This document shows positions 9,319 to 19,419 of a stretch of 33,595 nt of DNA, piece by piece. Below the pieces are notes generated by a model. That model worked only from the letters and a program-made list of their open reading frames with translations, searched no databases and was not told the DNA's origin. The stretch is from Pseudomonadota bacterium (GTDB taxonomy: Bacteria > Desulfobacterota > BSN033 > WVXP01 > G020346125): assembly GCA_030608745.1 (NCBI GenBank), contig JAUWDQ010000002.1:1-33595 (forward strand), read 5' to 3'. Each line of letters starts with the position of its first letter. The stretch's first letter is position 1. Position numbers and translations under genes: made by a program.

Positions 9319-9568
9319 TTGACATCATTGTAAAAAGTCGGGATCAGACGGCAAAGAAAAAAAATCCAGATGCAAGGCGCGCAAATCCTGAGGAATGAGG
9401 CGTACATAGAAGTACGCTGCAATGATTCACCCTGTTAAATATTTTCTTTGTTTGATGTCACTGTTTTCAAGCAGCTTCTATATTCCATATCTATTGATAT
9501 GGCTGCCTTTAATTTAACAGGGCAGGGGATGCAGCGCAACGCAGCAGATGGACTTCTTACGAAGCCGT
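9319..9568 (+). repeat. Intergenic repeat family, copy 2, with a ~100-nt nested palindromic insert
   Basis: It has the same core as copies 1 and 3. The insert is bounded by a perfect 11-bp inverted repeat: CCCTGTTAAAT 9430-9440 and ATTTAACAGGG 9512-9522. The element ends 20 nt before the rbfA ATG. Confidence 0.85.
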
Positions 9569-9587
9569 CAATTTTGGAAATTAAGGA

Positions 9588-9959
9588 ATGGACAACAGGC
9601 GGCCAAACAGGGTAGGGGAGGCCATTAAGGAAGAAATTTCCCGTTTGCTCTTGAGAGAGATCAAAGACCCGAGGATAGGGTTTGTGACCATTACCAGGGT
9701 TAAGGTCTCAAAGGATCTCCGCGTTGTAAAGGTCTTTTTCAGTGTGTTGGGCGATCAATCGGTAAGAGCGGATTCGCTGACGGGGCTGAATAGTGCCAAG
9801 GGTTTTGTGCGGAGAGAACTGGGTAGAAGGCTCAGGCTTCGGTATGTCCCCGATATCGTGTTCAGCTTTGATCCTTCGTTGGAGCATATGAGCCGATTAG
9901 CAGAGCTGATTCATCAGATCAACGAGGACGAGAAATTAGAGGACGAAAAGGGTAGATAG
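9588..9959 (+). CDS. rbfA: Ribosome-binding factor A
   Basis: RVGEAIKEEISRLL...DPRIGFVTITRVKVSKDLR pattern, in the conserved position before truB. Confidence 0.9.
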   Translation: MDNRRPNRVGEAIKEEISRLLLREIKDPRIGFVTITRVKVSKDLRVVKVFFSVLGDQSVRADSLTGLNSAKGFVRRELGRRLRLRYVPDIVFSFDPSLEHMSRLAELIHQINEDEKLEDEKGR

Positions 9960-9966
9960 GCAGATA

Positions 9967-10920
9967 ATGGACGGGATTTTAGTGGTCGATAAGCCCCCCG
10001 GAATCTCCTCTTTCGGTGTTGTTCGGCAGGTAAAGAGATGGCTGAGGATCAAGAAGGTGGGGCATACAGGCACTTTGGATCCCTTTGCCAGTGGTGTTCT
10101 TCCTTTGGCGATAAATGAGGGGACGAAGACAGTTCCCTTTCTGGCTGAGGACCAGAAGGAATACGAAGCCGTGCTGAAGCTGGGAGTAGAGACGGATACG
10201 TATGACAGGACGGGAAAGATTACAGCGGCCAGGGATTTGGATGGGTTTCGGGTGGACAAGGAGACCGTCAAGGGCGTTATGAGGGGATTCGTCGGTCGAA
10301 TAGAACAGGTTCCACCCATGTTCTCCGCTGTGAAACACCGGGGGAGGCCCCTCTATAAATTGGCGAGGCGGGGAATTAGCGTGAAAAGGGAACCCCGGGT
10401 GGTGGAGATAATGGACATCGGGGTTACCCACATTGGTTTTCCCTTTGTTTCCTTTAAGGTCGCCTGCTCAAAGGGGACCTACATTCGAGCCCTTGCCCAT
10501 GACGTCGGAAGGGAGTTGAGATGCGGGGCACACCTCTCCAAGTTACATCGGACCAGAAGCGGTCCATTTGCCCTTAAAGACGCGGTCCCCTTTCGCGAGG
10601 TGGAGGTCCTGGCGGAAGGGGGGATGATCGAAGGGGAAATTATTCCCTTAAGTCAAGTGCTGGGCGGATTACCGAAGCTCCGTGTTGAGGGGGAATTGCA
10701 GCGGAAAATCCAACGGGGAAGGCAGATCCTGGTAAGCGATATCGAGAAATCTCCATTTCCTCGAATTGACATAGGGGAACCGGTCAGAGTTATTTCATCC
10801 GATGGAGATTTGATCGCCATTGCCCGAGCGGAGATGGGATATGGGGGGCCTGTGGAGAAGGAAGCGGTGGCATTTAGATTGCTCAGGGTCTTTCATGCAA
10901 ACGCGGGGGGGATAAGATGA
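9967..10920 (+). CDS. truB: tRNA pseudouridine-55 synthase TruB
   Basis: [13 protein letters not shown] and [14 protein letters not shown] (catalytic Asp motif), with a C-terminal PUA-like region. Confidence 0.9.
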   Translation: MDGILVVDKPPGISSFGVVRQVKRWLRIKKVGHTGTLDPFASGVLPLAINEGTKTVPFLAEDQKEYEAVLKLGVETDTYDRTGKITAARDLDGFRVDKETVKGVMRGFVGRIEQVPPMFSAVKHRGRPLYKLARRGISVKREPRVVEIMDIGVTHIGFPFVSFKVACSKGTYIRALAHDVGRELRCGAHLSKLHRTRSGPFALKDAVPFREVEVLAEGGMIEGEIIPLSQVLGGLPKLRVEGELQRKIQRGRQILVSDIEKSPFPRIDIGEPVRVISSDGDLIAIARAEMGYGGPVEKEAVAFRLLRVFHANAGGIR

Positions 10921-11186
10921 GATTTGAGGCGGAGAAGAAAAGGGAACTTATCGGGGAGTATCGAGTCCATGATAAAGATACGGGCTCACCTGAAGTTCAA
11001 ATTGCCCTTCTTACGGAGCGAATTAGGTACCTGACAGAACACTTTAAGGTACACAAGAAGGATCACCACTCGAGACGGGGGCTCTTGAAATTGGTCGGGC
11101 AGAGGAGAAGCTTGCTTAACTACCTCAAAAAGAAGAGGATTGAGCGATACCGATCGGTTATCGAAAGGTTGGGTATTCGGGGATAG
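10917..11186 (+). CDS. rpsO: 30S ribosomal protein S15
   Basis: [44 protein letters not shown]. It overlaps truB through an ATGA start/stop junction. Confidence 0.95.
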   Translation: MRFEAEKKRELIGEYRVHDKDTGSPEVQIALLTERIRYLTEHFKVHKKDHHSRRGLLKLVGQRRSLLNYLKKKRIERYRSVIERLGIRG

Positions 11187-11229
11187 AGCCAGGGAGGCCG
11201 GAAAACGTAAAATAGGGAGATGAGAAGAG

Positions 11230-13347
11230 ATGATGGAACGAAAAATGTCTATTGAATTTGGCGGTAGAACCCTCTCCATTGAGACGGGGAAAATAGCAAA
11301 GCAGGCCAATGGCGCGGTGACCGTTCAGTACGGAGAGACGATAGTCCTGGTAACCGCTGTATGTAGCGAGGAGGAGAGAAAGAACATAGATTTTATCCCC
11401 CTTACCGTGAACTACCTCGAGATGACCTTCGCCGCCGGTCGCATACCCGGCGGTTTTTTCAAGAGGGAGGGGAGGCCCAGCGACCGAGAAACCCTCATTT
11501 CGAGGCTTATCGATCGTTCCATACGACCCCTTCTCCCCAAGGGTTTTAACAGGGAAACACAGATTATCGCCACCGTCATGTCCGCAGATCAAGAGAATGA
11601 TCCCGCCGCCATAGGGATGATCGGGGCTTCGGCAGCTCTGATGGTCTCGGATATTCCCTTCAATGGTCCCCTTGGGGGAGTAAAGGTGGGAAGGATAAAC
11701 GGGGAATACAAATGTAATCCCACCAATAGCGAGTTGGAGATGAGCAACATGGACCTCCTGGTGGCGGGAAATCGAGATGGCGTAATCATGGTCGAAGGAA
11801 GCGCGCAGGTGGGCAATGAAGACGATATCCTGGAGGCTATCTTCTTTGGCTATGATCATCTCCAAGGTGTGATCGAAGTACAAGAGAGGCTGAGGGATGA
11901 GCTGAATATCGGTAAGACTGAATTTACGCCCGGGAGAAATGAGGCGGTGAGGGAGCAGATTCACTCCTTTGCCCTTCCCAAAATAAAGGAGGCCCATGCC
12001 ATTTCGGGGAAATTGGAAAGGAGGCGAAGGTTGGGAGAGATCCTCGAGGCCGCAATGGAGAAATTTGCTGGCGAAGATGAAGAGTTCGGGGTGGAAGTCA
12101 GGGAGGTCATCGCGGAGACGGAAAGGCAGTTTATCAGGGGGATGATCCTGAGCGAGGGAAGAAGAATAGATGGAAGGGACCTTTCTGAGATCAGGCCCAT
12201 CTCCTGCGAGGTAGGCATTCTTCCCCGAACTCACGGGTCGGCCATTTTCACCCGAGGTGAAACGCAAGTATTGGCCGTCACCACCTTTGGGACCTCATCC
12301 GATGAACAGAAGATCGATTCGCTGAGCGGGGAAAGCTATAAATCGTTCATGCTCCATTACAATTTTCCTCCCTTTTGTGTCGGTGAGGTTTCATTCCTCA
12401 GGTCACCAAGCCGAAGGGAGGTCGGCCATGGGGCCCTAGCCGAAAGGGCAATATTACCCGTTCTGCCTCCCAGCGACACATTCCCCTATACCATTCGGGT
12501 AGTTTCCGAGGTTTTGGAGTCCAATGGATCCTCTTCGATGGCGACGGTATGTGGCGGGATGCTTGCTCTTATGGATGCGGGGGTTCCGACCGCCGATACC
12601 GTTGCTGGGATTGCCATGGGACTGGTCAAGGAGGGGGACAGGGTGGCTGTTCTCTCTGATATTTTGGGCGACGAAGATCACATTGGTGATATGGATTTTA
12701 AGGTAGCCGGAACGCAGGAGGGAATAACCGCAGTGCAAATGGACATCAAGGGGCCAGGTCTGACCCGAGAATTGCTGAGGCAAGTCTTACGCCAGGCCAA
12801 GGAGGGTAGGCTCCATATCCTAAAAAAGATGCGGGAGACGATTCCAGAACCCAGGAAGGACCTTTCCCGGCACGCTCCGAGGATCATCACCCTTCAGGTG
12901 AAACCGGACAAGATTCGGGATATCATTGGTCCCGGAGGTAAGAACATCCGGAGTATCGTCGACCAAACCGGGGTCAAGATCGAAATCGAGGACCCGGATC
13001 TGGTCAAAATCGCATCGCCCAGTCATGAAGCCATCGAAGAGGCTATAGCGATCATCAAGAGGCTCACCCAGGAGGTGGAAGTGGGCCGGCTCTATTTGGG
13101 CCATGTGAAGCGAATATTGGACTTCGGTGCCATTGTAGAGCTCTTTCCGGGAACCGACGGGTTGGTTCACATCTCGCAGCTTGCAGAGCACCGGGTGGAG
13201 AGCGTCTCGGATATCCTGAAAGAAGGCGATGAGGTGTTGGTGAAGGTGATTGGAATCGAACCCAATGGTCGAATTCGGCTGAGTCGCAAGGCGGCACTGA
13301 AACAGGGGGATGATAAGGGACTGATCAAAAATGAGAACTCACGTTAG
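11230..13347 (+). CDS. pnp: Polyribonucleotide nucleotidyltransferase (PNPase)
   Basis: Two RNase PH domains (SNGSSSMATVCGG) followed by KH and S1 domains. It is 705 aa and sits downstream of rpsO. Confidence 0.95.
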   Translation: MMERKMSIEFGGRTLSIETGKIAKQANGAVTVQYGETIVLVTAVCSEEERKNIDFIPLTVNYLEMTFAAGRIPGGFFKREGRPSDRETLISRLIDRSIRPLLPKGFNRETQIIATVMSADQENDPAAIGMIGASAALMVSDIPFNGPLGGVKVGRINGEYKCNPTNSELEMSNMDLLVAGNRDGVIMVEGSAQVGNEDDILEAIFFGYDHLQGVIEVQERLRDELNIGKTEFTPGRNEAVREQIHSFALPKIKEAHAISGKLERRRRLGEILEAAMEKFAGEDEEFGVEVREVIAETERQFIRGMILSEGRRIDGRDLSEIRPISCEVGILPRTHGSAIFTRGETQVLAVTTFGTSSDEQKIDSLSGESYKSFMLHYNFPPFCVGEVSFLRSPSRREVGHGALAERAILPVLPPSDTFPYTIRVVSEVLESNGSSSMATVCGGMLALMDAGVPTADTVAGIAMGLVKEGDRVAVLSDILGDEDHIGDMDFKVAGTQEGITAVQMDIKGPGLTRELLRQVLRQAKEGRLHILKKMRETIPEPRKDLSRHAPRIITLQVKPDKIRDIIGPGGKNIRSIVDQTGVKIEIEDPDLVKIASPSHEAIEEAIAIIKRLTQEVEVGRLYLGHVKRILDFGAIVELFPGTDGLVHISQLAEHRVESVSDILKEGDEVLVKVIGIEPNGRIRLSRKAALKQGDDKGLIKNENSR

Positions 13348-13350
13348 GAG

Positions 13351-14610
13351 ATGTATCAAAAGACCGTCCTGAAAAATGGAATCTGCGTCGTCTCGGAGAA
13401 CATCCCCCATATCAGGTCGATTTCCATCGGGATTTGGATCACTACGGGATCGCGCGAAGAGGATTCCGAGGAAAAGGGGATTTCCCATTTCATTGAGCAC
13501 CTGGTCTTCAAGGGAACGGAGAGTCGAAGCGCCCACGATATAGCCAAAGAGATCGACTCGGTGGGGGGCGTCCTCAATGGGTTTACGGAAAAGGAGTATA
13601 CCTGTTTTCACGCAAAGGTGTTGGATCAACATTGCCCCCTTGCCCTCGAGCTCCTCTCAGATATCTTTTTGAACTCTATCTTTGATCCCAATGAGATCGA
13701 AAGGGAAAGGAACGTAGTCCTCCAGGAGATTAAAATGGTGGAGGATACGCCCGATGACTATATCCATGACCTGTTTAATCAGGTTTTCTGGGGGGGACAT
13801 TCCCTGGGGTACCCCATCGTGGGAAAGAAGGAGCGGGTTAGTTCCTTCGATCGAGAGACCATTTGCCGCTACTTCGATGATCACTATCGCTCCAACCACC
13901 TCATTATATCCATGGCTGGCAGTTTTGACCACGCGGAGGTGATCCAGCGGATCGAGGATAAATTCGGTGGGTTACACGAGAGGGTGGAGATGGGAAAAGG
14001 AAAATCCCCGGAGCCCAGTCCCCGAATCGGGGTGTTTCCAAGGGATTTGGAACAGGTTCACCTCTGTTTGGGCACCAAAGGCATTCCCCAAACCCATTCC
14101 ATGCGATTTGCCAGTTATATCCTCAATACCCTTCTGGGAAGGGGTATGAGCTCTTATCTCTTTCAGGAGATCCGGGAGAAGCGGGGCCTCGCCTATTCAG
14201 TATATTCCTATAGGCCGGCCTATTACGATGCGGGCCAACTGGTGGTATATGCGGGAACTGAGAAAGGATCATTGAAGGAGGTTATTCGATTGATCATGGA
14301 ACAGTTCGATAAATTACGAAGGGAGATGATTCGTGAGGAAGAGCTGAAGCGGGTTAAAGAACAACTCAAGGGAAATTTACTCCTATTCCTGGAAAGTTCG
14401 GATAGCTGGATGACCCGTTTGGCCCAAAACGAGATTTACTTCGGGAGATATATCCCCATTGAGGAGGTTATCAAAGGGATCGAAGGCGTCACCTCGGAAG
14501 AGCTTAATCAATTGGCTCAGGACCTTTTCCGAGAGGAGTTGTTCTGTCTAACGGTTTTGGGTCCTATCGAGAAAACGGAGCTCACCCGAGACCTGTTGAG
14601 CTTTGGATAG
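13351..14610 (+). CDS. M16 family zinc peptidase (pitrilysin-like)
   Basis: Inverted zinc motif HFIEHLVFKG (HxxEH) near the N-terminus; 419 aa; commonly found downstream of pnp. Confidence 0.85.
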   Translation: MYQKTVLKNGICVVSENIPHIRSISIGIWITTGSREEDSEEKGISHFIEHLVFKGTESRSAHDIAKEIDSVGGVLNGFTEKEYTCFHAKVLDQHCPLALELLSDIFLNSIFDPNEIERERNVVLQEIKMVEDTPDDYIHDLFNQVFWGGHSLGYPIVGKKERVSSFDRETICRYFDDHYRSNHLIISMAGSFDHAEVIQRIEDKFGGLHERVEMGKGKSPEPSPRIGVFPRDLEQVHLCLGTKGIPQTHSMRFASYILNTLLGRGMSSYLFQEIREKRGLAYSVYSYRPAYYDAGQLVVYAGTEKGSLKEVIRLIMEQFDKLRREMIREEELKRVKEQLKGNLLLFLESSDSWMTRLAQNEIYFGRYIPIEEVIKGIEGVTSEELNQLAQDLFREELFCLTVLGPIEKTELTRDLLSFG

Positions 14611-14622
14611 GGAGGAAAAGCT

Positions 14623-15084
14623 ATGGGGGAGGGGTCCCACCTGGTAAGGATCAAGATCAAAAGGCTCAGGGGGAACGAACAATTACCGTTGCCCTCTTAT
14701 ATGACCGAACACGCAGCGGGACTGGACATCCATGCCTTTCTGGATGAAGATGTGCTCATCGCTCCAGGACAGAGGCGGTTGATTCCTACGGGGCTCGTTG
14801 TGGCAATTCCCGATGGCTTCGAGATTCAGGTGAGGCCTCGCAGCGGTCTGGCCATGAGGGATGGGGTGACGCTGGTCAATACCCCCGGGACCATCGATGC
14901 CGACTACCGAGGGGAAATTGGAATTCTCATGATTAATCACGGCGAGAAACCCGTCACCATCAGAACCGGGGAGCGCATTGCACAGCTTGTGGTCTCCAGG
15001 GTATATAAGGCCGAATTGGAGGAGGTTGATGAACTGCCTACAAGCCGTAGGCAAGAAGGTGGCTTTGGCCACACCGGTCTTTAA
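14623..15084 (+). CDS. dut: dUTP diphosphatase
   Basis: [22 protein letters not shown] and RGxGGFGHTG C-terminal motifs. Confidence 0.9.
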   Translation: MGEGSHLVRIKIKRLRGNEQLPLPSYMTEHAAGLDIHAFLDEDVLIAPGQRRLIPTGLVVAIPDGFEIQVRPRSGLAMRDGVTLVNTPGTIDADYRGEIGILMINHGEKPVTIRTGERIAQLVVSRVYKAELEEVDELPTSRRQEGGFGHTGL

Positions 15085-15113
15085 CGGTAACTGGAAAAGC
15101 TAAAAGGCTGTTC

Positions 15114-16001
15114 ATGGAGAGATGGGTCGATAGCTATATGAACTACATAACCGTTGAGAGAGGACTGTCCAAGAACACCCTCGATTCGTACAGCGGCGAT
15201 CTGGTTCGGTACATGAGCTTTTTGGGGGGATTGGGCATCGTCGAAATCGGAGAGACTTCAAAGCTAGAGGTGATGGCTTACCTGCTCTCTTTGCGGAAAC
15301 GAGACCTTTCCTCTAAAACGGTTGCCAGATCTATTTCCGTTTTGCGAGGATTTTATCGGTGGTTGGCCGATGAGGGGGTACTGCGAGGAAATCCATTGGA
15401 GGATATGGAATCCCCGAGGACGATCCGATCCCTACCGGGAGTACTTTCCCTGGATGAAGTCGATTCACTGCTGAATCAACCCGACCCCTCCAATCCCATC
15501 GGGATGAGGGATAAGGCCATGTTGGAATTACTGTACGCGACGGGGTTGAGGGTATCCGAGTTAACCAATTTAGTCCTGAATAATATTAACTTTGAGGCGG
15601 GATATCTGGTCGTCATGGGCAAGGGGGCCAAGGAGAGGATTGTTCCCATGGGCCAAGAAGCTCTCCATTGGCTAAAGAGGTATCTGGAGGGGTCCCGCAA
15701 AATGCTCCTCGGGAACAACCGGAGTCCACTTGCCTTCGTGAGCCAATGGGGGAAGGGAATGACCCGGCAGGGTTTTTGGAAGACCATTAAGAAATACGCC
15801 CTTATGGTTGGGATTCGGAAGACCATCTCCCCCCATACCCTCAGACATTCCTTCGCAAGCCATCTCCTGGAAGGTGGGGCGGATTTGCGGTCAGTCCAGA
15901 GCATGTTGGGACACGTGGATATCTCCACGACTCAAATTTACACCCACGTGACCCGGGAAAGGTTGAAGAAGATCCATGCTCGATACCATCCCAGATCGTG
16001 A
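15114..16001 (+). CDS. xerD: Tyrosine recombinase XerD (XerC not excluded)
   Basis: LRDKAMLELLYATGLRVSEL, MTRQGFWKTIKKYA, HTLRHSFASHLL and LGHVDISTTQIYTHV (the R..HxxR..Y catalytic set) follow the E. coli XerD pattern closely. Confidence 0.8.
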   Translation: MERWVDSYMNYITVERGLSKNTLDSYSGDLVRYMSFLGGLGIVEIGETSKLEVMAYLLSLRKRDLSSKTVARSISVLRGFYRWLADEGVLRGNPLEDMESPRTIRSLPGVLSLDEVDSLLNQPDPSNPIGMRDKAMLELLYATGLRVSELTNLVLNNINFEAGYLVVMGKGAKERIVPMGQEALHWLKRYLEGSRKMLLGNNRSPLAFVSQWGKGMTRQGFWKTIKKYALMVGIRKTISPHTLRHSFASHLLEGGADLRSVQSMLGHVDISTTQIYTHVTRERLKKIHARYHPRS

Positions 16002-16059
16002 TCGCCACCGTTCGCTGAGGGGGAAAGGGGGGGGATACCCTCAGCCTTCGAGGATAGCA

Positions 16060-18714
16060 ATGGAGGTCATTACTACCCACATCAACGCCGATTTCGACGC
16101 TTTGGCCTGCATGTTAGCGGCTAAGAAGCTCTATCCTGAGGCGATTTTGGTTTTCCCGGGCTCCCAGGAGGGGAGCCTAAGGGATTTTTTCGTCCGGTCC
16201 ACCATTTACGTATTCGAGGCCGAACGGATGAAAAACGTGGATCTGGATCGAATCAGCCGTCTCATCCTCGTCGATACTCGACAGAAAAGCCGAATCGGGA
16301 AGTTCGCTCAAATCATAAAGAGGCCGGCAGTGGACATCCACATCTACGATCACCATCCTCCCTCTTCGGATGATATTAAGGGCTCAGTAGAAGTGGTGAA
16401 GGAAGTGGGATCTGCTATTACCTTGATGCTGGAGGTTTTGAGGGAGAGAGATATTGATATAACCTCCGATGAGGCGACGGTAATGATGCTGGGGATTTAC
16501 GAAGATACGGGCTCCCTCACCTTTTCCTCGACAACGGAGGACGACTTTCATGCCGCCGCATATCTGCTGTCACAGGGTGCAAGTCTCAATATGATATCGG
16601 ATATGGTGACCAAGGAGCTGATGGCGGAACAGGTTTTTCTTCTCAACGATCTGATCCAGTCCGCTACCAACTACACGATAGGTGGCATTGATGTGGTTAT
16701 TGCTACGGCCTCGGCGGATCAATACGTCGGTGATATCGCCATCCTCGTCCATAAATTAAAGGATATGGAGAATTTGGATGTGCTTTTCGCCTTGGTTCGG
16801 ATGGAGGATCGGGTCCACATGATTGGAAGGAGCCGGATCGAGGAAGTCAACGTGGCGGAAATCCTGTTGGAGTTTGGAGGAGGTGGGCATGCGACGGCCG
16901 CCTCGGCCACCGTAAAGGATTTGACATTAATCCAGTGCGCCGAGAAATTGGTGAAGGTGCTTCAGGGGACTGTTAAACTGGGGAAATTCGCCAAGGACCT
17001 CATGACCTCTCCGGTGAAGACCATCCAAGCCGAGAGGAGGTTGTCCGAAGCAGGGGAGCTCCTCACTCGGTATAATATCAACGTATTGCCGGTGATGAGG
17101 GGAAGGAAATTGGCGGGGTTGATATCCAGACAGGTCATCGAAAAGGCCTCATTCCATGGGCTCGGAGATCGCCCGGTCAAGGAATACATGAGCACGGGAT
17201 TTTCGGTAGTCGATATGACCACTCCCCTAACTAACGTTCAACGCCTTATCGTGGGCAACAATCAGCGATTTTTGCCCGTAATGGAGGGAGGTGAACTTTT
17301 GGGGGCCATCACCCGGACGGACGTCTTAAGGGCCATTCAGGAGGATTTGGTGGGACGATCCGATTCCCCTTTTCCCCTTGAGGTTCACAAGCTCTATGCC
17401 AGGAAGAAGATGATCACGAAGTTGATGGAGGAGAGGCTTACGTCGAGGGTTCAAGACATTCTCCGGGAGTTCGGCAGGGTTGGGGAGGATTTGAGCTGTC
17501 CCGTGTATGCGGTGGGAGGGTTCGTTCGGGACCTTTTGCTGAGAGACCATAACTTAGACGTGGATATCGTAGTGGAGGGGGATGGCATCCGATTCGCAGA
17601 ATATTTTGCCGAGAGGCATCCCTGTAAGATCAGGATTAACCGGCGGTTTGGAACGGCTGCTCTCCGTTTTTCGAACAACCTCAAGGTTGATATAGCAACA
17701 GCTCGGTTGGAATACTATGATTCTCCCGCTGCCCTTCCCACGGTGGAACTCAGTTCCATCAAGAATGACCTCTATCGAAGGGACTTTACCATTAATACCC
17801 TGGCCATCAAATTGAATGGGGAGGAATTTGGCGAACTGGTCGATTTCTTCGGCGCCCAAAGGGATATTAAGGAGAAGGTAATCCGGGTACTTCATAACCT
17901 GAGTTTCGTCGAAGACCCAACGAGGGTTTTGCGTGCCATTCGCTTCGAGCAGCGGTTTGGCTTCCAATTGGACAAGCAAACCCGGAATCTGATTAAGAAT
18001 GCCGTGAAGATGGGATTTCTGGATCGCCTTTCGGGGCGAAGGATCTTTACCGAACTGGTGCTCATCTTCAACGAAGAGGATCCAATCCCCATTCTTCGAA
18101 GGATGAGAGAACTGGACCTATTGAAATCCATCCACACCAAAATCCCCTGGGAGAAGGAGAGCGAGAGCCTGTTAGAGGCCATAAAGAATGTCATATCCTG
18201 GTACGACCTCCTCTTTTTGGAGGGAGAGTGCGAAAAGTGGCAGGTCTATTTTTATGGGTTGATGGATTCCCTGGCGGAGGAAGAGGCCTTGGATGTCTGC
18301 CAACGGCTTTCGTTCTCCGAGAAAAACAAGGAGAAGATCAGAAACGGAAGGACAGAGGCCGAGGAGACCCTGAGGGAGATTGTCCGAAGATTGGATTCCA
18401 GGAGAAGGATTCGACGAAGCGAAATGTATGAGCTCTTGGAACCCCTTTCAACGGAGGCGAAGCTCTTCATGATGGCCAAGACCACCAAGAAAGAGACGAA
18501 ACAGTGGATCTCCCTTTTCTTTACAACGCTTCGGGGGCTGAGACCCTTATTAAAGGGGAGGGATTTGATCCGATTGGGTGTTCGTCCAGGACCCATCATG
18601 AAGGAGATATTGGCCGATCTCCTGAGGGCTCGTCTCGATCGGCGCATCAGAACGAGGGACGATGAGGTCGATTACGTGAAAAGGACCTATATAAATCAAA
18701 GGGGAACGGCTTAA
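16060..18714 (+). CDS. Fusion protein: DHH/DHHA1 phosphoesterase, CBS pair and a class II nucleotidyltransferase (poly(A) polymerase / CCA-adding family)
   Basis: DHH motifs HINADFDAL, LVDT, YDHH and GGGGH. Two CBS-like repeats. NTase motifs GGFVRDLLL..DVDIVVEG, RRDFTINTLA and EDPTRVLRAIRFEQRFGF. The start is taken at ATG 16060; the track ORF starts at 15976 inside xerD. Confidence 0.8.
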   Translation: MEVITTHINADFDALACMLAAKKLYPEAILVFPGSQEGSLRDFFVRSTIYVFEAERMKNVDLDRISRLILVDTRQKSRIGKFAQIIKRPAVDIHIYDHHPPSSDDIKGSVEVVKEVGSAITLMLEVLRERDIDITSDEATVMMLGIYEDTGSLTFSSTTEDDFHAAAYLLSQGASLNMISDMVTKELMAEQVFLLNDLIQSATNYTIGGIDVVIATASADQYVGDIAILVHKLKDMENLDVLFALVRMEDRVHMIGRSRIEEVNVAEILLEFGGGGHATAASATVKDLTLIQCAEKLVKVLQGTVKLGKFAKDLMTSPVKTIQAERRLSEAGELLTRYNINVLPVMRGRKLAGLISRQVIEKASFHGLGDRPVKEYMSTGFSVVDMTTPLTNVQRLIVGNNQRFLPVMEGGELLGAITRTDVLRAIQEDLVGRSDSPFPLEVHKLYARKKMITKLMEERLTSRVQDILREFGRVGEDLSCPVYAVGGFVRDLLLRDHNLDVDIVVEGDGIRFAEYFAERHPCKIRINRRFGTAALRFSNNLKVDIATARLEYYDSPAALPTVELSSIKNDLYRRDFTINTLAIKLNGEEFGELVDFFGAQRDIKEKVIRVLHNLSFVEDPTRVLRAIRFEQRFGFQLDKQTRNLIKNAVKMGFLDRLSGRRIFTELVLIFNEEDPIPILRRMRELDLLKSIHTKIPWEKESESLLEAIKNVISWYDLLFLEGECEKWQVYFYGLMDSLAEEEALDVCQRLSFSEKNKEKIRNGRTEAEETLREIVRRLDSRRRIRRSEMYELLEPLSTEAKLFMMAKTTKKETKQWISLFFTTLRGLRPLLKGRDLIRLGVRPGPIMKEILADLLRARLDRRIRTRDDEVDYVKRTYINQRGTA

Positions 18715-18743
18715 TCCGAGGTCATTCCCCCACAAGATGCCGT

Positions 18744-19385
18744 ATGGCCACACTAGTCCAGAAAATATCAATCTATGTCATCCCAACACTGCTGGCAATC
18801 ATCCTCCATGAGGTCTCCCATGGATGGGTCGCCGATAGGCTGGGTGATTCCACCGCGCGATACTCGGGACGATTGACCCTAAATCCCTTGGCCCATATCG
18901 ATTTATTCGGCACGGTCATTTTGCCGCTGATCCTGCTCATTACGCCAGGGAATTTTATATTCGGCTACGCCAAACCCGTTCCCATTAACCCTTACAATCT
19001 GAGGAACCCGAAGAGGGACATGATTTGGGTATCCCTCTCGGGCATATTGACCAATTTGGCCTTGGCAGCCGTTTCCGCCATGTTCTTTCGGTTTGTGGCC
19101 GCCGCCTCCCCGGGTTCATGGAGCCTCGTCGCAATCCCCCTCGCGATGATGTTAAGGGTTAGTGTCATGATTAATATTATCTTGGCCGTCTTCAATGCGA
19201 TTCCCATTCCCCCTCTTGACGGAAGTCGGGTTTTGGCCCATCTTCTTCCCCCGGAACAGGCGGCGGTATTTTCGAAATTGGAGCCTTATGGATTTATCAT
19301 CATATTATTACTTTTCTTTACGGGGGTGATCGATTTTATCTGGCCCATTATCGGATTCTTTATGGGCCTCTTTTTGGGTCCTTAG
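18744..19385 (+). CDS. M50 (site-2 protease) family membrane metalloprotease
   Basis: HEVSHGWVA (HExxH) within a hydrophobic segment; a polytopic 213-aa protein with ...NAIPIPPLDGSRV. Confidence 0.8.
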   Translation: MATLVQKISIYVIPTLLAIILHEVSHGWVADRLGDSTARYSGRLTLNPLAHIDLFGTVILPLILLITPGNFIFGYAKPVPINPYNLRNPKRDMIWVSLSGILTNLALAAVSAMFFRFVAAASPGSWSLVAIPLAMMLRVSVMINIILAVFNAIPIPPLDGSRVLAHLLPPEQAAVFSKLEPYGFIIILLLFFTGVIDFIWPIIGFFMGLFLGP

Positions 19386-19419
19386 TATGATGATATAGGG
19401 GAATGCATCGGTATATTCA

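Noticed and set aside
11158-12267. 369-codon ORF on the minus strand, antisense to the rpsO 3' end and the first ~1 kb of pnp
   Set aside because: It overlaps a gene whose product carries unmistakable PNPase motifs. Long stop-free antisense frames are a known by-product of the codon bias of highly expressed genes. The predicted protein is low-complexity with no recognisable motif, SD or promoter. Its length is notable, but I treat it as a shadow ORF.
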